From assembly GCA_003344405.1 (NCBI GenBank), contig NOWV01000183.1:62001-126000 (forward strand): a stretch of DNA of 64,000 nucleotides. The letters run 5' to 3'. Shown in pieces: positions 53,401-64,000 of the stretch (positions within the stretch are counted from its first letter, which is position 1; the number at the start of each line of letters is the position of its first letter). Both the position numbers and the translations under genes were made by a program. The stretch comes from Trichoplax sp. H2. Its lineage: Eukaryota. Below the pieces are notes generated by a model. The model saw only the letters and a list, made by a program, of their open reading frames with translations. It ran no database searches and had not been told where the DNA came from.

Positions 53401-55014
53401 ATTAACTAATTAATGCATTTAGATCGGTTAAGTTAGGTTAGCTATCTACGATTTATAGAGCTCAACAAAAATTAAGATCAACTAACAATGATAAATCATA
53501 ACCCGCATAAAGAAATCGGGAACATAATTATGTAATACTCATGTACACGATAATTTTTAAAAAGCAAAATTAGTCATGGTCACATTCGTACTACAATACT
53601 AGATCTGTCTACTCTATTACTACCATACATCAATTGCTTCATACAAACAATAATTAATTATTTTAAACTAAAATTTATAAAGGAAAATTCTAAAACTATC
53701 TAAATTACAATCTTATAAACTTTCATTGATAGAAATTAATCAGAATATCTTTAAAGAACTGTTCCAAAGTAACGGCAAAGGCAATCAAGTGCTTGGCTGA
53801 AGCTTTCAATGCATTACAGTATCTCGATCTTAGCAATTGCTACATGGCTTGTAAAGATGATGTGTTAAGCTGCATTGGAAATAACTGTGCACAATTACGG
53901 CAATTAATTTTAGATGGTTGTAGCATGATCACCGATACTGGAATAAAAAATTTTTGCCAGTGTTATGCCAAAGCTAATCGAGATCGTAAATTATTAAGGA
54001 AATTGAGCCTAGTTAATACACAGGTACGATTCGATAACTACTCGTATTAATTAATTATTAAGATCTTTTAATATCTAAGTTAACCCGTTCTAAGTGCTAG
54101 TATTGTCCTTATATCAGATTACGGATGCAGGTTTAAGGGAAGTATTACAGACCTTTCGGCTGCTTTCCACACTTTCCGTCAGTGGATGTAGAGACATAGT
54201 AGATCCATTTTGTTCTTTCATTCCTCAAAAAAAACTATTTAGTCTTTCTATTCTTGACCTATCAAATACGGGCATTAACGATATATCTGTTGACCATATA
54301 ACGACTCTATGTCCTGGCTTACATGATATTAACATTAGTAATTGTGATAACGTAACAGACGTTACTATTACTACTATTAATAGTATTAGTGGAGTAAGAA
54401 GTTTTTCTATTGCCGGTTGTCATTTAATTACGTTTACTATTGGAATTATCCCTTTACTATATAATCATGGATATCAACTGGAAACGCTCAATCTTTCCGG
54501 TATGGATAATATCGACTTGGCCGCTATCTGGCATCTTTGTCCTCGATTAAAAGTATTAATAATGGAAAGCTGCAAAGATATTTGTCAAACACCTACATAT
54601 GGAATAGATACCAATCAGAGTCGCCATCTTCATTTACAGAAACTAAATCTGAAAGACAGTACATTTTATCAAGGGGAAGCAGACATTGACGAAAGTCGTT
54701 CAGATTGTTTAAAATTTATAAAGAAATTTTGTGGTAATACATTGAAGTATTTATATTGGAGTAGGATGGAAGGAATTACTGATTCATTAATTTGTGATTT
54801 TCTAAATGAAGATTGCTTCAAGTCTTTAACTTATTTAGAATTACGTTACTGTCATAATATTACAAGTGATAGCCTAGAACAAATTTTACAGTGTTGTCCA
54901 TCTTTGCAACAGTTAGATATTCGCTTCTGTCAGCAAATATCCACCGCCAATAATGAAGAGCTGAAATCATACGCAGATGAGATAAATCATAATGTTACAA
55001 TCCTTTGGGAATAA
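50461..55014 (+). CDS. Cysteine-containing LRR (FBXL/AMN1-like) protein with an N-terminal BC-box-like motif, 4 exons: 50461-50611, 52282-52448, 53733-54023, 54118-55014
   Basis: N-terminal SLKEICLKVIADHI is BC-box-like. LDSESTQQLINLLSMKKKL...LLHSRLEAIDF is AMN1-like. Many LxxLxLxxCxxITD repeats follow. Junctions are in phase. No F-box seen. Confidence 0.8.
50643..51408. repeat. Intronic minisatellite, 8 x ~94 bp
   Basis: The anchor c(c/a)tattcttaagggctggattg occurs at 50651, 50753, 50846, 50940, 51034, 51134, 51227 and 51321. Confidence 0.97.
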
Positions 55015-55832
55015 ACTGTGGCAGCCTTGGAATTGTGATTCTTTTTACGTTATTGATCGAGCTTGTAAAATTTCCTTTGGAGACATTTCTACAACTTATG
55101 CTGTATACGAGTATGTACAAAGTCTTATCGGTAATGCTATTTCTTTTTGCTATCCAAGTATACCGTGCCCTTTACTGTATGAATCGGATATGATGAATGT
55201 ACTAGATTATGGTCTGTTCGATTGTTTTATTACAACCATCGTGCTTTGCATTGGTACAATTATCATGCAACCGTCATGGTATGAGGACATATATGAAGCT
55301 ACAGCGCTACGGGTGTTTGTATTGTATTAAATATTGGAAGATTTATGATTCTAATCCAAGTTTGAAATTCCGCTTTAATTTGTAGAGATTAATTAGTTAC
55401 ATTGCCAATTTAGCAAATTAAACCGAATACAATACTAAATTAAAACGATTCCATTTTTTGTGCAATGTGTACTGACAAGAAGCAGCATGAAATGTTTGCA
55501 TAATTGATATCGTTTTATAAAATTTTCTATACGTGTAATGAATGAATAACCTAATTGCAATAAAATGCGACATTGAAATTATTATTGACAGTGAAAAATA
55601 AATGCACATTAATGAAACTACAAAACGAAGCTTAAAAAGTGATACTGTAACAGACTTATAAAATTTAATGTCACAGCTGCCCAAGGAATTAAAAGTACAG
55701 TTTGATATGAAACAAATTTGACAATGTAGCTGGCGATAAATTTACAGGAAACAGAAAAAGTTATGTCCATACTCTTGCCTAAGTATGACAATGTCACAGA
55801 TATCGATACTAGTTCTATTATTGGAAGTATTC

Positions 55833-58800
55833 TTATTTTATTTTCTTTGTTGCTGTGCCAATATGGCAGTTGTTTACCTATTAGTAAATATTACCGATCA
55901 TAAAATTTGTTTAATATTAAAACTTGCAGAAATTCACATACATAAGATTGAAGGTGTAACTCTTTTCCAGTTCAGCAAAACTAACAACTTTAACAGTAGC
56001 TAACGATAATACTAACCGTTGTAGCAAATCTTAAAGAATTTAAACTTTCTTGAAATGATACTTCATATGGTGAAATATTAACAAACATCAATCTATTGGA
56101 GAGAAGTGAACATAATTAATAGATGTTTACAAGATTGCCAGGGCATATCAATGATTAATTTTATTTTACTTTACTAACGTTTTGCTATTCCCGCCCAGTG
56201 AATTTTGAAGTAAGTAAGTAAGTTTTGAATTCCTGTACGGGATATGTGAGTCCTGAAGGATTAAAATTAATTTAAATTAAGGACATGGCGAAGATACCAT
56301 CGAAATTTTAATGCTCTAACCATTATAATTAACTATGATCAAATCACTAAAGATACTTTATGACAAATAGCAATATAGACCTTATTAGCTAGAGCTAGAA
56401 TAACTATCCCCAAATTACTCAAACTCTTGTTGATACTCTTAGCCTCAGTCAATCTTTCGCCGGTCGATTTGGAAACAAACACTCTCTCTGAGCCAGCGAG
56501 ATCGATAAGATTTAAAGTTCCTATTGCGAATGCAATGCAATTCGAAATTAACAATATCGCAAGTAACCCTTGCATTTTCCCTGAATTAAGAAATTCTACC
56601 TTCACAGTTTTCATTAGTGATTGTATTTTCGCCAATTAATTTTAACCTAAACACACTGTGACTTCGCGAAGATCTTTCATTACATTCAGTCGCAGCAACT
56701 GCTCGGTTCTGCGTTGCTTTTGCCAACAGCTTATGAACCTGAATATAAGATTAGTTAACACGCTATAAGCTCTACCCATAATTAATCAAAAGTTTTTTTC
56801 ATACGTTATTGAATGCTACTGCATATTATCAAGTCGACAAAACTAACCTCGTCTTCGGTTGTAACATTGACAATTGTTAAATTCGTAACTTTGACATCTT
56901 TTTTATCGGGCGTAAGTCTGATTTCGTGCTTGACATTATTGTTACTCCCCAATAAATCGCGAATAGTCTCGTTGTAAATCTCCAGAAACGAAGCTTCCAT
57001 ATGATACTGTATCAGATAATTATAGCGTTAATATCTACAAGAGTATAATAAAATAGGCTGTCTAATAAAGGAACTGCAATTCTCGCTATTTATAGTACAC
57101 ATTATATGAAAGATTCTAAATTACTTTCCATCCTTTTTCTTTTAAGTCTTTAGCAGAATTAAATATTTGAGCCACAGCCCTGGGAATAATACCAACGTTG
57201 GTGTAGTTAACATTATCAGAAACTGGAGGGCCTTCCATGGTGTAGGTCTTACCACTTCCAGTTTGACCGTAAGCAAAGATACATACGTTATAGCCGTCTA
57301 GAGCACTTTGAACTAACTGCGAAACTTCATTAAATACGTTTTCTTGGCTAGAATCAGGATGAAACACCTTGTCAAACTTAAATTCGTACTTATTTGAATT
57401 TCCCTTGGTGCTAGGTGTATCCTAAAATCGATAAATTTTTTTAAATTTTTGAATCAGCAAAGATAACACTAAGCGATATGCAGCTATCCAAAATACGCAT
57501 GCCGTATATTAATGTACTTACTGAAGGATGACTACTCTGTAATAACTTAATGTTTGCATCTGAACCTTCCGCAAAAATGATGTGTGAAGGATACATTTTC
57601 GCTCCTTCGCTATTTGTTAGTGGTCTCACACGACAAAATACACGAATATTGCCTTTTAATTCCTGAACGCAATTATGCAGTTTGCGCCTTTCAGCTTCTC
57701 CACTTCGAAGTTCGGCATCCTTTTCTTGTATTGTAGCTAAGTAATTTCTAATGTCTTGTTCTAATTTCTCTATGACTTGATTTAATCGTTGGCACTCGCC
57801 GATTTTAGCTTCTAATTGAATCCGAACACCATTTAAGTCGTTAGTTATGGACATGGCTTCGACATGTGCTTTTCGAATCTGAACGTCTTTATCCTCTAAA
57901 GTGCTCAAGTAATTTAGAATTTCTTCTTCTTTTTTACTTATGGCTTGATTTAATCGTCTACATTCCGCACTTTTTGTTTCTAATTGAGAACGAGCAGTGC
58001 TCAATTCTGTCATTATTGATGCAGTTTCTGCGGTCATTTTTGTGATCGTTTGCTGAAATGTACTAGCCTCATTACGAGCAACTGATAGTTGATTGCCAAG
58101 GCTTTCACGATCTCGTTGTAAGTTTTCCTTTGATAATTTAAGTAACTCAATCTCATATTCATATTTTTTCATTGAATTATTTATTTCATCTTGCAACCCT
58201 TGAACTTCTTGCTGAAATTTAACTTCTTTGTCTTTCATTTGCTGTTCAATACTAGTGGCAGCGCTTAACTACAAAAGTATAAATTCCAACAGTTAGCCAA
58301 TACGTAAAATATTTAGAAATCCGCATAAGGTATCAGATGATGAAATAACTGGCATCTATTTAGCAAACTTAGAATTGAAACTAGCATATGATTCTTCAAA
58401 ATCTAACCATCAACGTAGGAAAGTATAACATCTATTACATATTTAGAGCACCAGTAACATGATATTTTACCTAACCTGATCATTCAAAGCTATATTTTCA
58501 TCTAGAAGCTGTTGAATTTTGTTGTCTTTGTCTTCGATAGCTTTGCAACATGTACTGTGCATAGCAGGTAAAAGACCAAAAGCTTTATCGTAAACTTCCA
58601 TTCTAGATTTTAAATTCCATTTTGGATACTTGCTGATCTCATCTTGCATAGCATTTAGTTGCAAGCCAAGTGCTAAATCAATTTAGTACAAGAAATATCA
58701 AGTAAGAAGCATGGAAACTTAGAAACTGTTTTAATTAATTAAATAAACAGCAAAATGTTTAATCATTGCTATTTTTAATTACTCAGGAACTAATACATTA

Positions 58801-60519
58801 TATTTAGGCTTAATACAATGCCTGAAGTACAGGAATAATTTACATTCATTTTTTCAATATTTGATTTCGGCTTAAGTTGTTGAACTACATCGAACTACTT
58901 TAAATTTATAATTAGAATTAGAAAGCAGTAGCACAAAAGCAACAAAACTGGTAAACAAACTGATCAATTTTCTAGAAGTCATAATGCGAATTAAAACACT
59001 GCTGATATTTTACACGCTGACGTTACGCCGGTACGTATTGCAAGTCTTTATATTTACGCGATTTTTATAATCATACCATTCCAATCAGTCAAATTTGGTT
59101 GAAAGTCTTTTATGCTATTCAAATTCTTAACACCGTAGCTATGTTTGCTGTCCGATAAAGTGCTACGAACGCTCTTTTTGCGTGTGCTTAATTTCGATGA
59201 TTCTCCAATTCTAGATGTATTGAGCTTCTTGGGAGGCTGAGTTGAATGAGAAAACTTTTGCCTTTGCGCTTTCTCAGTTACCACTTTACGTACATTTCTA
59301 GAATCCTCAAGGTTAGCTTTCTTCTTGATTGAGGCATTTTTTGTATTAAATGCGGTATTAGAAGTTCGCAATTTTCCTGCTGACACCTTGCCACTATCAA
59401 TTCTGCTGCTGTTTTGATTGGAAATTTTGTGTGGTGACACTTTGCAGATTAGACTTTTAGACTTAATACCTGGCTTCGGTAACTTAGATTTGACAAAGTT
59501 TCGTATCGGCTCAATATTCTCTATTGTGTTATCCAATTTGGATTTCTTCAATATAGGCTCAGCAGAATCCTAAAATGATTAGGAGCAAGCAATAATAATT
59601 AATAGATGATAAACTATATATTTAAGATTCCATCTTATAACCTCAATTTCGTTTAAGTCCTCTTCTAAGGGTAAAATCTTTGCAGACCGTTTAACCGCTG
59701 ATGGTGGCCTTAATTTGGTAACACTCGGAGGACCTTGTATACCATCATTTATTACATTGATATCCCTCACAGCTAATGGAGTCAATGGCTGGTAGAATGC
59801 AGGAAAGTACGAGAAATTTAGTATAACGTGTAATTAATTGATACCTCCGTTTCTATATGTACCAAAGCATGCCTGGTATGTATGTATATATATATATATA
59901 TATGTATATACTATATCATACAGTACAATAAATACAATAGCTAAAGCGTTCAGTTAACATAATGCAACTTTTGTCCCCTGTTAACTTGCGTACTATATCA
60001 CAAATCAGTTAGGCAAATAAAACCTTACACCAGTCGTTATGGCATGAAAGTTAGATAAAATTATGCCAAGTAAAATAGAAAATATATAATTGTAGTAGCA
60101 ACTACTGTACTGGTATATCGGTATTTTCCCTTGCTTCAAAACTCCACCACTACATCACCAATACAATTTCATCATCAAGTCATCTCTGTAAGTTAGTCTA
60201 CATCCAGTCGAATCTCACTGAATGAATTAAAGTCGAGTTCTACATCTGTATGCTTCGATTAATTACTGCATACTACCTTGGAAATTACTGCAAATATTGG
60301 CATGCAATTACACTGCTCAAACAGTACGATAACTGCTTGACTATATTACTACATTGAATTTATACATGTTTATCATATCCTCATGATAGAACGTAAGAAC
60401 AACAATCATCATCAGTGTATTCATTTATTGATGATCAAGTACATCCGACTTGCTCTATTAATTCGTATTTAAGTTTAGTAACTAGAGAATAATCAATACC
60501 AATATCATACCTTTGCCAT
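55833..60519 (-). CDS. KIFC1: Kinesin-14 (KIFC1/Ncd/Kar3-type C-terminal, minus-end-directed motor), about 12 coding exons
   Basis: Neck [15 protein letters not shown]-loop [61 protein letters not shown]; terminal [15 protein letters not shown] basic N-terminal tail and a coiled-coil stalk precede the motor. The putative first coding exon ATGGCAAAG|gtatga (60519-60511) is less certain. Confidence 0.92.
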
Positions 60520-61529
60520 TTTTGAGAATACGATCAATACTGCTTAGCTTAACCAGTTAATACTTGCGCCTAAAGTGATCAATTTTCAAGACGTAGATTA
60601 ATTCAATTCAGTATATCGATCTCGATTTTAATAGCAGTCTAAACGGTAAGATATTCATCGTTCCATTTTATTTATTGTACAGTAAGTTCCAGTTCCTGAT
60701 TGAGTGTGCCTATCGTTGATTTTTTTTTAATTATCTTTAAACATGATTGGATTGCAATACCCAAACAACAAAAAATGAATGAGATTTCTACGCTACACAG
60801 CAGTTGGTAGCTATGCAACAAGTTCAAAGTATCGAAGTATCTGTGCTGCTTTAGTTTTCACAAAACTATGTTACTACATCAATGCTATCATCATAATAAT
60901 AGCAATTAATTGATAATTAGGGTATTCGCGTGCCTCAAAATAAACAAGATGAAGTTCAATAAAAAGTACAGGTCCTGTTGCAATCTAGCTACTCGTTTTT
61001 TTGCAAGAAGGAGCTCATTTGTCATTAAGCATTGCTTCAACGTGAATGTTGAGATTGCCTACATACCTTCTTTCCCTTGGGTGAAACGTTACCTTCAGGG
61101 TTGATCATCAAGATTGGATTGCTTTCTAATTTTGAAACGATGAATGCGAAATGAATACTGTTGTCATCGTATGGAATATATAATAATAATATACGATGGT
61201 AGCGAGCTGTTGTAGCTAAGCAAATGTGCAACCGACGTTGCAAATGATGTCATTGCATTCACCTAGGCGATCGCTATAACTTAATACCGACTACTGCGAA
61301 TGATCCATACAGTCGATAGCGTACAGTATGCAATCCTCTTTCATCAAGAACTATTTGATTTTTAACGGTAATTTTTTTTTGAAAACAGACTATCGTGGAC
61401 GTCCAGTCGGACGGATGCGTCCGTTGATTAGCATATGGTTGGAGACTGGTAGCTCAAACATGATAATCAATTCAATTCGTGACTGAGTCGTCCATCCGTC
61501 CACGCCATAACAGATTCTGCTCAGTACAA

Positions 61530-62890
61530 AAGTGGTCTCTTTTTGGGCCAGCGTACAGTGTACAGTGCACTTCGCTACAGTACAGTACTGTGCAGTGTTA
61601 CGGTGGCCCAGTACCAGTACGTGCAAATTGCAAAGATTTTGTGGTAGACGCATAGCGAGTCACTCATAGAGCGACTCGCTATACTAGAGTATGAAGTGCG
61701 CGCAAAGACTTTGTGCTGCACACACATGATTTCAAACATGCGCAAAGGCTTTCAAGTACACGCACACGATTTCTAGTACGAACAAAAGACTTTGTGGTGC
61801 ACACACACATGATTTGTACTGTACTGTACATGTAGTCCGCAGACTCTTTACAAAGTACTGTACAGTACATTGTACAGTAGAGATACGGTGGTAATTACTG
61901 TACTGTACTGTACTGTACGGTGTACACGTGTACAGCACTCGCAAGGACAATATTGAAAGTGTGACGCCATCGAGAAAACTACGATGCTAAAGCGCGGCTG
62001 ACGCCACGTGTACGATATGGCGCCAGTGAAAATGGTATTAACCTGATGCTGTACCCTGGGCTACTACAAAAAGACCTTGAGTTTACCTGCTACACTATAC
62101 TGTACACTGTACGAGTAGTTTTGTTTGTTTTACTTCTGTTTGTACAGTGTGAACCAGTTCGAATCAGAGTACAGTACTGTACTGTACTGTATATATGATG
62201 GCAGCAGTTTTGACGTACTGTACACTGTACTGTACTGTACACTACACTGGGTACTGTACATTACTTTACTGTACTGTACTGTACTGTACAGTGTACATTG
62301 GACATGGCCATTTTTTTGGCATCAATTTGTACAACATTGATCGCAAATGTATGGCTTTAATATGTACAGATCGCTCTTGACTTGGAGATTCTATATCCGT
62401 AATGAGTGGGTAACTTTCGACGATAGAGACTTATGTGTACAGCAAAGTTGATAACGATTGGTCTTTTTGAGCGTTTTGCTTCTACTTGCTACTATTCAAA
62501 CATACAGTGTACAGTATAGTACTGTCCAGTATTGAAGAAAACAGATCACCTTCAGTACGGTGACCGAGAAGGACCACTCATCTACTACTGTACAGAGGGT
62601 GTCCAAAAATTATCCCCGCGCACAAATTTAAAATTAGTATTGCCAAATCGAGCAGTAATTTGCCCAAAAAATGTACCGAAATGTAGAGTAATAAATAACC
62701 TATCATAATCTGAAAAATTTAAAGCTGTAGGTTTTGTACTTTTACAGATATTAAGCTTTAAAATAAAAAAGTTTAAATAAACTATGTTACCCATTCTACA
62801 GTACTTTCTAAACAAGATTTGACTACTGTACTGTACTTAGACTAGATGCGAGTAAACCTACAGTACTGTACTGTACTGTACTGTAGGCTG
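61530..62890. repeat. Dense mixed TACAG/TACTG pentamer arrays upstream of KIFC1 (similar patches at 16790-17645, 37215-39500, 40960-41325, 49500-50230)
   Basis: Examples: tactgtactgtactgtactgtacgg (61896-61920) and tacagtactgtactgtactgtactgta (62859-62885). Confidence 0.9.
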
Positions 62891-64000
62891 TCGACTCTCG
62901 CGCAGTTGCCTGACCGAGGCCAACAAAACTACACCTGTCCACGGTAAAAGTCGTAAAACCAGCATACAGTAGAAGATCTTTGCATCATATCGCCTTAAAA
63001 GGCTGCATTGATCTGATTCTAGATTATAATTGGTGTCGACACTGCATGAAAATGGACATTAATAGTACAGAAAATCCCTCTAAAGTATAGCATGCGTACA
63101 GTGTACTCATCTTTTCAAATCATGAGCCATGACATTCTTATACCAGCTTGTTTGTTATTACTTGGCTTCAAAATTGAACTTGCTTAACAATACCCAACGA
63201 CTGTATACAGTCCTATAGTACACAGTTGTTGCCATGTCTGCATCGCTGAGACGCAAATAACAGCGTAACAGAGCAAGTTAACACTGAGTAAAGTACAACC
63301 GTAGTGTCAAGACATATATATATATAGAACATCGAAAGCGTACACATCTTTTCATTCGATATGGAGCACAAACCATTTCGCTATTGCAAAGATAGAAATT
63401 TCCTTTATTGTTCTGCTACATGTACGTTTACTTGCATTACGATAACTCCGTCTACGAACAGCCTTGCATTAAAATTTCTAAACAATTGCCGTTATCATTT
63501 TCAGAAAGGGCTAATTAGATACTGCTAGTATCGTACTAGAGAATATGATCAAAACTCAGCCAGTTAGAAGTAAATAGTCATGAAGGTAAAAACTTGACAG
63601 TAAATTACATAGTATAACAAATGAAATTGAACATTTGTAAATAAAAATTTTAATAGATCACTAGCTAAGTCTCTCACAAAGCCACTCTACTATAGCACCG
63701 TAGAAACAAATTCAGCTTCTTACACATAGTTTTTCTTCTATCATGGCTAACAAAAGAAAGGCGAATGAGGTTGCAAACAAAATTACAGTACACATAATTT
63801 AGCAATGATACAATCTGTGAAGTGGGCATAGATAGCATCATTATGGCTTGTGTTGTATTACGATTCTATAGTCACATAGCCAGATTTTCATTACAGCATT
63901 CCAATACCAATGCATTTAATAACATCTTTTAACGCAAAAATTTTTGAATGTAAATCGGTTACTGTACAGCAAATGATAATACAACTGATTGTACGAAACT

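Noticed and set aside
61420-61440. gattagcat match to U6 snRNA (also the reverse strand near 38270)
   Set aside because: No ACAGAGA box or other U6 sequence flanks it.
62145-62170. gttcgaatc B-box-like word suggesting a tRNA
   Set aside because: No cloverleaf, acceptor stem or A-box could be built around it.
63743-63802. ATG GCT AAC AAA AGA AAG (MANKRKANE) as the first exon of a next gene
   Set aside because: The position is plausible, but it is too short and the window ends before any confirming exon.

Overview
AT-rich eukaryotic genomic DNA with short GT-AG introns and a metazoan gene set. It is most consistent with a compact early-branching animal such as a placozoan (Trichoplax-like); this is an inference from gene content and architecture. 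Eight spliced protein-coding genes were reconstructed by hand, in strictly alternating orientation: FAXC-like (+), LSM1 (-), FBXO41 (+), a very long CCDC186 (-), a 90-aa NDUFA4/C15orf48-family gene (+), ANKRD53 (-), a BC-box/AMN1-like LRR protein (+) and kinesin-14/KIFC1 (-). LSM1 and the NDUFA4-family gene are absent from the ORF track. Other elements are 41-bp and ~94-bp minisatellites, a 301-bp tandem duplication, and a mosaic of duplicated blocks around three N-gaps at 37-41 kb. The most striking unexplained signal is dense mixed-orientation TACAG/TACTG arrays concentrated in the regions upstream of genes. These match the TA-CAG-TA / TA-CTG-TA excision footprint of Tc1/mariner transposons, and duplicated copies in the window differ by such units at TA sites. 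This suggests promoter DNA reshaped by repeated transposon insertion and excision. No prokaryotic systems, CRISPR arrays, tRNA or rRNA genes were found.
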